Below, piece after piece: positions 1 to 8,026 of a stretch of DNA of 32,000 nt (position 1 is its first letter; each line of letters begins with the position of its first letter). Made by a program: the position numbers and the translations under genes. Below the pieces are notes generated by a model. The model was not told the origin of the DNA and made no database searches. It saw only the letters and a program-made list of their open reading frames with translations. The DNA comes from Bacillus subtilis subsp. subtilis str. 168 (GTDB lineage Bacteria > Bacillota > Bacilli > Bacillales > Bacillaceae): positions 1,950,001 to 1,982,000 of the forward strand of contig NC_000964.3 of NCBI RefSeq assembly GCF_000009045.1, given 5' to 3'.

Positions 1-1211
1 GCCATTGCATACAACCCCGCCCCGTAAGCTTTTCGGACAATGACAGAGAGTTTTGGAACAGTTGCCTCCGACATCGCAGAAATCATTTTCGCTCCGTGTC
101 TGATAATCCCAGCCTGTTCTACTTTTGTGCCAATCATAAAACCGGGGATATCGGCTAAGAACAGCAATGGGATATGAAAAGCGTCACATAAGGTAATAAA
201 CTTAGCCGCTTTGTCTGCTGAATCGTGGAATAAGACGCCTCCTTTTACCTTCGGCTGGTTTGCAACAATGCCGACAGGCTGTCCGTGGATTCGTGCGAGG
301 CCCGTCAATAATTCCGGTGCAAATAAGGCTTTGATCTCAAAAAATGAGTCTTCATCTATGACCCGCTCAATGAGCTCATGCATATCAAAAGGTGCGTTTT
401 GATTTTGCGGAATGACGTCGGCAAGCGGAGTTTCGAAGTGTTTTGGCGGGCGTTTCTCATGAATGGGCGCTTTTTCTTGAAAATTTGCCGGAAAGTAAGA
501 CAAATAAGCCCGCACCAGCTGTATGGCTTCTTCTTCAGTTTCTGCAAGAATATCTCCGCAGCCGGAGATTGAGCAATGCATACGGGCGCCACCCATTTCT
601 TCGAGAGACACTTTTTCTCCAATAACCATTTCCGCCATCCTTGGCGAACCTAAATACATGGAGGCGTTACCGTCTACCATAACGACGATATCACAGAAGG
701 CCGGAATATAAGCGCCTCCTGCCGCAGATGGTCCGAAAAGCAGACAGATTTGCGGAATGCGTCCCGATAATTTGACTTGATTGTAAAAAATTCTTCCTGC
801 ACCGCGTCTCCCTGGAAAGACATTGATTTGGTCGGTAATTCGGGCGCCTGCCGAATCGACTAAATAAATGAGCGGACAGTTTAATTTTTCGGCGATTTCT
901 TGAATTCTGATGATTTTTTCAACTGTTTTTGCTCCCCATGACCCCGCTTTCACTGTTGAATCATTCGCCATGACGCAAACGGTTTGGCCGCCGATTTTGC
1001 CGATAGCGGTTACAACTCCGTCAGCGGGAAGCCCGTCTGACATACATTCCGCAAAAAAAGCGTCTTCTAGCTCAATGTCATCGTCAAAGAGAAGGGAAAG
1101 CCGCTCTCTGACAAAGAGCTTGCCTTTTTCCCGATTGCTTTGATGATACTTTTCCGCTCCGCCTTTTCGAATCCGTTCAGCCCGTTCTGTTCGTTCCTTT
1201 TCATAATCCAT
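1..1211 (-). CDS. yngE: Acyl-CoA carboxylase carboxyltransferase (beta) subunit; N-terminal ~403 codons, 3' end runs off the left edge of the window
   Basis: Absent from the ORF track because there is no stop in the window. Hand translation of the minus strand gives M(LM)DYEKERTERAERIRKGGAEKYHQSNREKGKLFVRERL...GGQTVCVMANDSTVKAGSWG...LLFGPSAAGGAYIPAFCD...VANQPKVKGGVLF, open down to position 1. This is typical of the carboxyltransferase (PccB/MccB) family. SD AGGGAGG at 1220-1226 lies 8 nt from ATG 1211; the alternative ATG 1217 is only 2 nt from the SD. Confidence 0.9.
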   Translation of the reverse strand, partial: MDYEKERTERAERIRKGGAEKYHQSNREKGKLFVRERLSLLFDDDIELEDAFFAECMSDGLPADGVVTAIGKIGGQTVCVMANDSTVKAGSWGAKTVEKIIRIQEIAEKLNCPLIYLVDSAGARITDQINVFPGRRGAGRIFYNQVKLSGRIPQICLLFGPSAAGGAYIPAFCDIVVMVDGNASMYLGSPRMAEMVIGEKVSLEEMGGARMHCSISGCGDILAETEEEAIQLVRAYLSYFPANFQEKAPIHEKRPPKHFETPLADVIPQNQNAPFDMHELIERVIDEDSFFEIKALFAPELLTGLARIHGQPVGIVANQPKVKGGVLFHDSADKAAKFITLCDAFHIPLLFLADIPGFMIGTKVEQAGIIRHGAKMISAMSEATVPKLSVIVRKAYGAGLYAM

Positions 1212-1227
1212 CAGCATTGCCTCCCTT

Positions 1228-2010
1228 TTATATTCCCTTGTATACGGCCCGTCTTTTTTCTTGAAAGGCCTGAAGCCCTTCTCTCCTGTCTTTTGTCGGG
1301 ATGGTTTGTTCATACGCTTTTTGTTCAATCGCAAGGCCTGTAGCAAGATCTGTCTCCAATCCTTTATTGATTGCAAATTTAGCCTGACGGACAGCGATCG
1401 GTCCGTTGGCAGAAATGGCTGCGGCCAGTTCCTCTGCTTTTGGCATAAGGTCACAAGGAGCCGTGACATGCTCTACAAGGCCGATTTCTTTTGCTTCGTG
1501 TGCGGTCACGCGTCTGCCTGTATAAATGAATTCTTTTGCTTTTCCTCTGCCAATCAGCCGGGGCAGCCTTTGGGTCCCTCCAGCGCCCGGGATAATAGCT
1601 AACCCTGTTTCCGGAAGTCCCAGCACAGCTGCTTCAGTTGCGATTCGAAGGTCGCATGCCAATGCCAATTCTAGTCCGCCGCCTAATGCGCTTCCATTTA
1701 TCGCAGCTATGACCGGCTGCGGCAAGGCATCAAGTAAAGCCGCCGTTCTTTGAATGAGAGATACACTTTCCAGAACCTGATCTTCTTTCAGTTTTATCCG
1801 TTCCTTCAGGTCTGCCCCTGCACAAAACGCTTTTTCACCGGTGCCTGTGAGGATGACGCAACGGATGTTTGAGTTAAATTCAATTTCCTGGATAATCATT
1901 TGCAGGTTTCTAAGCATTTCCGCTGAAAGAGCATTTGCTGCCTGAGGCCTGTTTAAGGTGATCAACGCCATATGTTCATTTTTAACAGTAAAAAGAATAG
2001 AATCTCCCAT
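1228..2010 (-). CDS. yngF: Enoyl-CoA hydratase/isomerase family protein (probable methylglutaconyl-CoA hydratase), 260 aa
   Basis: Track ORF 1228..2034 is crotonase-fold (GxGEKAFCAGADLKER, GGGLELALACDLRIA). I prefer ATG 2010 (MGDSILFTV...) because GGGAGG at 2020-2025 sits 9 nt upstream. The 268-aa form starting at 2034 would overlap the yngG stop. Confidence 0.9.
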   Translation of the reverse strand: MGDSILFTVKNEHMALITLNRPQAANALSAEMLRNLQMIIQEIEFNSNIRCVILTGTGEKAFCAGADLKERIKLKEDQVLESVSLIQRTAALLDALPQPVIAAINGSALGGGLELALACDLRIATEAAVLGLPETGLAIIPGAGGTQRLPRLIGRGKAKEFIYTGRRVTAHEAKEIGLVEHVTAPCDLMPKAEELAAAISANGPIAVRQAKFAINKGLETDLATGLAIEQKAYEQTIPTKDRREGLQAFQEKRRAVYKGI

Positions 2011-2030
2011 TGTATGCGTCCTCCCTTTTA

Positions 2031-2930
2031 TCAAGATGATTTAAACACCTGTAAATTTCTGCTCGGCAGCGGTTTGCCCATTTTTTCTTCAATCCATTTG
2101 GCCGCAGATAGCAGTTTTTCTAGCTTTACATTTGTTTTGATATCCATCTGTTCAAGCATGTACACGATATCCTCAGTTGCGGCGTTTCCTGATGAACCTG
2201 GCGCATATGGGCATCCCCCAAGCCCGCCTGCCGAGCCGTCGAACACCGTGATGCCCATTTGGAGTGCTGTGACCATGTTGGCCAGAGCGGTTCCTCTCGT
2301 ATCATGAAAATGCAGGGCAATTTGATTAGCCGGGAATCGTGCCAAAAGAGCTTCAAGTACAGTTTCCACTTGGGCGGGATTAGCTGCTCCAATCGTATCT
2401 CCAAGCGACAGTTCAGAAATCCCAAATTCAAATAGAGCTTCTGAAAGGCGAATGACTTGTTCAATGGGGACATCTTTTTCGTACGGACAGCCGAAAACAG
2501 TCGAGAGGTAGGCTCTTGTTGTGAGGTTTGCTTTTTGTGCGTCGTTGTTTACTTGTTTGAGTATATGGAGGGATTCAGAAGTGGATTTATTGATGTTTTT
2601 TCTGTTGTGCGTCTCGCTGGCGGACATAAAAACGCAAGCCTCGTTAATGCCTCCTTCAAGTGCATTCTCCAGTCCTCTTTGATTCGGGACAAGTGCCGCG
2701 TACGTTACCCCTTTTTCTCGGTCGATGCCTTTTGCTACATCGATAGCATCTCGAAGCGCCGGAATCCATTTCGGGTGAACGAAGGATGTGATTTCAATAT
2801 ACGACAGCCCTGTCCGGGAAAGCTGGTTGATCCAGGTTATTTTATCCTCTGTTGCGATCCAAACGGGCTCGTTTTGTAAGCCATCACGCGGGCCGACTTC
2901 TTTGATTGTCACTTTTTTAGGATATGGCAT
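2031..2930 (-). CDS. yngG: Hydroxymethylglutaryl-CoA lyase, 299 aa
   Basis: Track ORF. N-terminal VGPRDGLQNE and HFHDTRGTALAN / GLGGCPYA motifs mark the HMGL-like TIM-barrel family. SD GGAGG lies 6 nt upstream of ATG 2930. Confidence 0.92.
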   Translation of the reverse strand: MPYPKKVTIKEVGPRDGLQNEPVWIATEDKITWINQLSRTGLSYIEITSFVHPKWIPALRDAIDVAKGIDREKGVTYAALVPNQRGLENALEGGINEACVFMSASETHNRKNINKSTSESLHILKQVNNDAQKANLTTRAYLSTVFGCPYEKDVPIEQVIRLSEALFEFGISELSLGDTIGAANPAQVETVLEALLARFPANQIALHFHDTRGTALANMVTALQMGITVFDGSAGGLGGCPYAPGSSGNAATEDIVYMLEQMDIKTNVKLEKLLSAAKWIEEKMGKPLPSRNLQVFKSS

Positions 2931-2944
2931 GGTCTTCCTCCAAA

Positions 2945-3166
2945 TTATTGAGTGGAATTGCTCAGTTCGAGCAGTACGTCTCCTTCATTTACAAAGTCGC
3001 CTTCCTTTTTTTTGACTTCTTTTACGATTCCGCTTCTATCTGCAACGATCGGGATTTCCATTTTCATCGATTCCAAAATGGCTACCTCCTGGCCCTTTTC
3101 GATTTGGTCGCCGGCTTTGACGTGGACTTTCCACAGGTTTCCTGCCATTTGTATGCTAACCGTCAT
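2945..3166 (-). CDS. yngHB: Stand-alone biotinyl/lipoyl carrier domain protein (BCCP-like), 73 aa
   Basis: Track ORF. ESMKMEI biotinylation motif, with the Lys35 codon at 3062-3064. AAGGAGG SD lies 8 nt upstream of ATG 3166 and overlaps the yngH stop. Confidence 0.9.
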   Translation of the reverse strand: MTVSIQMAGNLWKVHVKAGDQIEKGQEVAILESMKMEIPIVADRSGIVKEVKKKEGDFVNEGDVLLELSNSTQ

Positions 3167-3180
3167 GACAACTGCCTCCT

Positions 3181-4515
3181 TTATAGGTGCTGTTTCAAAA
3201 AGTCAGTCGTGACATCCCCTTCTTTAAATGCCTTTGTTGCCGCAGCCTGTATGAGGAGCGGAAGGTTTGTTTTGATTCCCTCTACACGATAGTCGCGAAG
3301 CGCTGTCTCTAGTTTTTCAATTGCTTCTGTTCTGGTTTGGCCTTTGACAATCATCTTAGCGATCATCGGGTCATAAAAAGGGGTAACGGTGCTGTCTTTT
3401 GCTACCGCACATTCGTGTCTGACTCCTTTTTGGTCAGGAAGTGAAAACGCAGTGATCGTACCTGGTGACGGGAAGAAGGTCTTGGGATCTTCCGCGTATA
3501 TTCGAACCTCTATCGCATGCCCGTTCCGTTGGATGTCTTTTTGGGAGAATGTGAGTGTATGGCCCGCAGCAATCCGCAGCTGCTGCTCAACTAAGTCCAG
3601 GCCTGTTATTTCTTCAGTCACGGGGTGTTCAACTTGCAGTCTCGTATTCATTTCGAGGAAATAAAAATTTTGTTTCTGGTCAACTATAAATTCGATGGTG
3701 CCTGCGTTCGTATAGCCGATTGCCTTCGCTGCTTTTACCGCTGTTTGACCGATCTTCATTCTTAGTTCATCGTCTACAAATGGAGACGGTGCTTCTTCAA
3801 TGACTTTTTGGTGGCGCCTCTGAACAGAGCAATCACGTTCAAACAGATGTACTGTATGGCCGTGTTGATCGGCCAAAAGCTGAACCTCGATGTGGCGCGC
3901 ATGTTCAATAACTTTTTCTATATACATAGACCCGTCACCGAAAAAATCTGCTGCGCGCTTTTTGTTTCCCTCGTACGCTTTTTTTAATGCTTCTTCATTT
4001 TCAACACGCTGCATTCCGATGCCGCCTCCGCCCGCTGAAGCTTTCAGCATGACAGGATAGCCGATTTGACTTGCGGTGCGGCAGGCTGCCTCTATATCTC
4101 CGAGGGATTCAGAAACGCCCGGCACCACAGGGACACCTGCAGCCTCCATTGCTTTTCGCGCTTCAATTTTGCTGCCCATCTTTGCGATGATATCAGGGGA
4201 AGGTCCGATAAACACGATGTTTTCTTGCTTGCAGCGTTCAGCGAACCGGCTGTTTTCTGATAACAATCCATATCCCGGGTGGATCGCGTCGGCTTTTGCT
4301 TTTTTCGCCGTCTTTATGATTCTCTCTATATTTAAATAACTTTCACTGACTCTCGATTCCCCGATCAAATATGCCTCTGTAGCGGCTTTTGTATGGGGCG
4401 CGTCCTTGTCTGCTTCTGAATAAACAGCGACCGTTTTAATGCCGAGACGGCTGCATGTTCGGATAATTCTCATTGCAATTTCACCGCGGTTGGCGATCAG
4501 TACTTTTGTAAACAT
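3181..4515 (-). CDS. yngH: Biotin carboxylase (ATP-grasp), 444 aa, no fused carrier domain
   Basis: Track ORF. MFTKVLIANRGEIA N-terminus, GGGGIGM glycine loop and EMNTRLQVEHPVTE are all canonical AccC/biotin carboxylase motifs. GAGGTG SD lies upstream of ATG 4515. Confidence 0.93.
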   Translation of the reverse strand: MFTKVLIANRGEIAMRIIRTCSRLGIKTVAVYSEADKDAPHTKAATEAYLIGESRVSESYLNIERIIKTAKKAKADAIHPGYGLLSENSRFAERCKQENIVFIGPSPDIIAKMGSKIEARKAMEAAGVPVVPGVSESLGDIEAACRTASQIGYPVMLKASAGGGGIGMQRVENEEALKKAYEGNKKRAADFFGDGSMYIEKVIEHARHIEVQLLADQHGHTVHLFERDCSVQRRHQKVIEEAPSPFVDDELRMKIGQTAVKAAKAIGYTNAGTIEFIVDQKQNFYFLEMNTRLQVEHPVTEEITGLDLVEQQLRIAAGHTLTFSQKDIQRNGHAIEVRIYAEDPKTFFPSPGTITAFSLPDQKGVRHECAVAKDSTVTPFYDPMIAKMIVKGQTRTEAIEKLETALRDYRVEGIKTNLPLLIQAAATKAFKEGDVTTDFLKQHL

Positions 4516-4524
4516 GATTTCACC

Positions 4525-6174
4525 TCATTGACTTGATGATAAGTTGAACATTTCAATCGTTTTTTCTCGCAGTTTATATTTTTGAATTTTGCCTGAGGCC
4601 GTCATCGGATAGTCATCCGTAAAAATAACATAACGCGGAATTTTGTGGCGGGCGATTTTCCCTTTGCAATAGGCTTTAAGCTCATCAGGTGAAACGCTTT
4701 TACCGTCTTTCAGTTTAATCCAGGCTGCAGCTTCCTCCCCGAATTTGGCGTCAGGCACACCAACCACCTGTACATCTAAAACAGCGGGATGCTGGTATAA
4801 AAATTCTTCAATTTCCCGCGGATAAATGTTCTCGCCGCCTCTGATGAGCATATCTTTTAATCTTCCGGTGATGCGGCAGTACCCGTCTTCATCCATGACA
4901 GCAAGATCTCCGGTAAACAGCCATCCGTCATGATTGATTGCTTTTCTGGTCGCATCTTTGTCTTTATAATAGCCTTTCATGACGTGATAGCCACGGGTGC
5001 ACAGTTCTCCCTGCATGCCTCTTTGAACTTCTTGACATGTCCCGGGTTCTACAATTTTCACCTCAGTATGTGGCAGGGCACGGCCGGTTGTTTCGACTCT
5101 TCTTATGAAGGAATCATTTGCTCTCGTTTGTGTAATGACTGGCGAGGCTTCGGTTTGTCCATAGGCGATCGTAATGTCTTTCATGCCCATCCTTTCAATC
5201 ACAGCTTTCATCACTTCACTTGGACAGGGAGAGCCGGCCATGATTCCTGTTCGGAGCGTCGATAGATCATATGCATCAAAATCCGGATGATGCAGCTCGG
5301 CGATAAACATGGTAGGCACACCATGGAGCACTGTGCATTTCTCTTTTTCTACCGTTTTAAGGACGGTAACGGGATCAAATTCTTGCACGGGTATCATGGC
5401 TGCCCCGACGGATACACATGCCAAAACCCCAAGGACGCATCCAAAGCAGTGAAAAAACGGAACAGGGATGCACATGCGGTCTTGAGAGGTTAAAGCCATA
5501 CATTCAGCGATATTAGCAGCGTTATTGATGACATTGAAATGGGTCAGCATCACGCCTTTTGGAAACCCTGTCGTTCCTGATGTGTATTGCATATTAATCA
5601 CATTGTCTTTATCCAGGCTGTTCATTCTCTCTTCAAGCTCAGCATCTGTCACTGTTTTCGCCAATATCTCTGTATCGTCCCAATGATACATGCCAGACAA
5701 TCGTTTATTGCCAATATAGATCAGCGTTTTTAAAAAGGGATAGCGTTCAGATTTCAGTTGGCCGGGCTTTGCTTCTTGCAGTTCTGGAATTAAACTGTTC
5801 ACGATGTCTGGATAAGAAGTGCCCCTGTATGAATCCATGATAATAAGCGCCGCGGCATCCGATTGCTTTAACAAGTAATCAAGCTCATGTGCTTGATAAT
5901 TGGTATTGACGGTCACGAGCACGGCTCCGATCTTCGCAGTTGCGAACTGGACGGCAAGCCATTCAGAGATATTAGAAGCCCATATGGCGACGTGGTCTCC
6001 TTTTCCAATCCCCATCCGCATGAGACCTTTAGCGGTTTGACGGCACAGACTGTCAAATTGAGCGTACGTATAGCGGATATTTCGGTCTGGATACACAACA
6101 GCATCTCGATCGGGATACGCATCAGCTGTTTGTTCCAGCAGCCTGCCGATTGTGGAATGGATGAGTTCAGCCAT
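4525..6174 (-). CDS. yngI: AMP-forming acyl-CoA synthetase/ligase (ANL superfamily), 549 aa
   Basis: Track ORF. It has YTSGTTGFPKG (A3/P-loop), GYGQTE, TGDLAVMDEDGY and a C-terminal SGKIQK lysine. AAAGGAGGAA SD at 6181-6190. Confidence 0.92.
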   Translation of the reverse strand: MAELIHSTIGRLLEQTADAYPDRDAVVYPDRNIRYTYAQFDSLCRQTAKGLMRMGIGKGDHVAIWASNISEWLAVQFATAKIGAVLVTVNTNYQAHELDYLLKQSDAAALIIMDSYRGTSYPDIVNSLIPELQEAKPGQLKSERYPFLKTLIYIGNKRLSGMYHWDDTEILAKTVTDAELEERMNSLDKDNVINMQYTSGTTGFPKGVMLTHFNVINNAANIAECMALTSQDRMCIPVPFFHCFGCVLGVLACVSVGAAMIPVQEFDPVTVLKTVEKEKCTVLHGVPTMFIAELHHPDFDAYDLSTLRTGIMAGSPCPSEVMKAVIERMGMKDITIAYGQTEASPVITQTRANDSFIRRVETTGRALPHTEVKIVEPGTCQEVQRGMQGELCTRGYHVMKGYYKDKDATRKAINHDGWLFTGDLAVMDEDGYCRITGRLKDMLIRGGENIYPREIEEFLYQHPAVLDVQVVGVPDAKFGEEAAAWIKLKDGKSVSPDELKAYCKGKIARHKIPRYVIFTDDYPMTASGKIQKYKLREKTIEMFNLSSSQ

Positions 6175-6217
6175 TCATTGTTCCTCCTTTCTTAATGATA
6201 GGAAAGCGTTTACATTT

Positions 6218-7360
6218 TTATTTTAAAAGCTGTCTGGCGATCACGAGACGCTGAATTTCAGATGTGCCTTCACCGATTTCCATTAATTTTGCGTCCCGCA
6301 GCATCCGTTCCACCCCATACTCTTTCATATAGCCTGAACCTCCATGGATTTGAATGGCTTGATTGCAAGCTCTTGTCGCCATTTCAGATGCGAATAGCTT
6401 GGCGTACGCCGCTTCTTTGGTGAACGGGCGGTTATGATCTTTCAGCCAGGCGGCTTTTAACACCATTTGCCGTGCCAGATCAATTTCCATCGCCATGTCA
6501 GCAAGCTTAAATTGAATCGCTTGAAAGGAAGAAATCGGCTGTCCAAACTGCTTTCGCTCTTTCGCATATGCCAATGATGCGTCAAGGGCCGCTTGGGCAA
6601 TGCCGACTGCAAGAGCAGCGATGGAGATTCGACCACCATCCAGCGTATATAGAAACTGTTTAAACCCTTTTGTTGGATCGCCAAGTAAGTTGGCCGCAGG
6701 CACTCTTACATCTTCAAGCAAGATTTCCGCTGTATTCGAACCGCGGACGCCCATTTTATCGTACGGGCTCGTAATCGTAAGTCCTGGTGTGTCAGTTGGC
6801 ACGATTAATGCGGAGATGATGTTTTTTCCGTCTTTGTTTTTGCCTGTTACGGCGGTTACAATAACTGTGCGTGCGTAGCTTGCATTAGTGATCCAGCACT
6901 TTTCGCCGTTGATTACATACTCGTCACCATTTGAAATCGCTTTTGTTTGAGTGCCTCCTGCATCTGAGCCGGCATTTGGCTCCGTCAGGCCGAATGATCC
7001 GAGTGCTGTGCCTGAAGCCAGCGGCGTCAAATGCGTCTGTTTTTGCTCTTCTGTTCCGAAGTAGTAAAGAGGGCTTGCGCCTAGCGAGACCGCTGCAGCA
7101 TAGCTTAATCCAGTACTGCCGCAGGCTTTGCCGACTTCTTCAACCGCTAAGGCATATGAAATCGTATCACCGCCAGATCCGCCGTATTCTTCTGGAAATG
7201 GAATACCCATCAGACCGAGTTCACCCATTTTTTTAAATGTTTGCATCGGGAACTCGCCTGTTTGATCTACATGTTCAGCGTGAGGAGCAATTTCTTTTTT
7301 CGCAAAATCTTTTACCATTTCACGCACCATTTGTTGTTCTTTTGTCAGCTCAAAATTCAC
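6218..7360 (-). CDS. yngJ: Acyl-CoA dehydrogenase (short/branched-chain type, isovaleryl-CoA dehydrogenase-like), 380 aa
   Basis: Track ORF 6218..7390 with ACAD motifs (LTEPNAGSD, QIHGGSGY, catalytic E in IGEGTSEIQ). I prefer GTG 7360 (VNFELTKEQQ...) because GAAGGAGG sits 7 nt upstream of it, inside the 5' extension shown in the track. Confidence 0.9.
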   Translation of the reverse strand: MNFELTKEQQMVREMVKDFAKKEIAPHAEHVDQTGEFPMQTFKKMGELGLMGIPFPEEYGGSGGDTISYALAVEEVGKACGSTGLSYAAAVSLGASPLYYFGTEEQKQTHLTPLASGTALGSFGLTEPNAGSDAGGTQTKAISNGDEYVINGEKCWITNASYARTVIVTAVTGKNKDGKNIISALIVPTDTPGLTITSPYDKMGVRGSNTAEILLEDVRVPAANLLGDPTKGFKQFLYTLDGGRISIAALAVGIAQAALDASLAYAKERKQFGQPISSFQAIQFKLADMAMEIDLARQMVLKAAWLKDHNRPFTKEAAYAKLFASEMATRACNQAIQIHGGSGYMKEYGVERMLRDAKLMEIGEGTSEIQRLVIARQLLK

Positions 7361-7426
7361 ATCGTTTCCTCCTTCACATCTTTGTAACATCCTATTAGGC
7401 GAGTTCTATAATCATTCCCTGACAAG

Positions 7427-7441
7427 AAAAGTCTGAAAATT
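7427..7441. promoter_or_regulatory. CodY-box-like palindrome upstream of yngJ (candidate only)
   Basis: The minus strand reads AATTTTCAGACTTTT. This matches 12 of 15 positions of the CodY consensus AATTTTCWGAAAATT. It lies 67-81 nt upstream of the yngJ GTG. Confidence 0.3.
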
Positions 7442-7450
7442 AAAACTGAA

Positions 7451-7774
7451 TCATTTTTTATGTGATAATATCAGCGGGATGAGCAAATACATGCAGTAGG
7501 CGCATACCATCCATATCGTAAACGCAATAACTTGGCCCTTTGATAAAGCCGGGAAGATGAGGGGAAGATTCCAAAGGGAAATCGTATCCATCAATAAACC
7601 GACCGCTGATCCCCATATACCTAGCTTGATCACCGCGAACTGTGATTGATCGAGTTTTTGATAGAGAAAGAACACAAGGCATAAAACAAGAGCAGTGCCC
7701 GCTCCCAAGAGAAGAAAGTTCGGCAAAAAGGCTTCTTCAGCCGGATCAGTCAACACAGCATCTCCGAACAGCAC
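7451..7774 (-). CDS. Hypothetical small integral membrane protein (107 aa as drawn, GTG start); possibly the 3' part of a frameshifted gene
   Basis: Track ORF with about 3-4 hydrophobic helices. No SD precedes GTG 7774. The frame stays open for 28 codons upstream of the first usable start (see finding). Confidence 0.4.
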   Translation of the reverse strand: MLFGDAVLTDPAEEAFLPNFLLLGAGTALVLCLVFFLYQKLDQSQFAVIKLGIWGSAVGLLMDTISLWNLPLIFPALSKGQVIAFTIWMVCAYCMYLLIPLILSHKK

Positions 7775-7989
7775 AAAAAATAATGTGGCACCTAACCAGA
7801 CTAGAAATGAAAACGTAAAACACGTCCTGTACGTGTTTCTCTTCGATTTTATTTTTATTTAGTACTAGTTTCTCAGATTCCAATAATGGTAAATGTCCAA
7901 ACACCGCCTCCATATTCATGTGAATCTCACCTTTGTTTTTTAAAAAATTCAGCGGTTTACCATCGTTTCCTGTCCCAAAATCACTTTTT

Positions 7990-8018
7990 AAAAAAAGACG
8001 ACTTAGAAAGCCGTCCTT
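7990..8018 (-). terminator. Rho-independent terminator after yngK
   Basis: Minus-strand RNA is AGGACGGCUU-UCU-AAGUCGUCUU followed by UUUUU. That is a 10-bp stem (two G-U pairs), a 3-nt loop and a U-run, starting 8 nt after the yngK stop. Confidence 0.75.
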
Positions 8019-8026
8019 CTCATTTC

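Noticed and set aside
211-711. A cluster of short plus-strand and minus-strand track ORFs (60-88 aa) at the left end, and the 64-aa ORF at 7886-8080.
   Set aside because: The left-end ORFs are alternative or antisense frames of the hand-translated yngE carboxyltransferase frame, which is open across the whole region. The 7886-8080 ORF spans the yngK terminator and stop codon and has no start signals.
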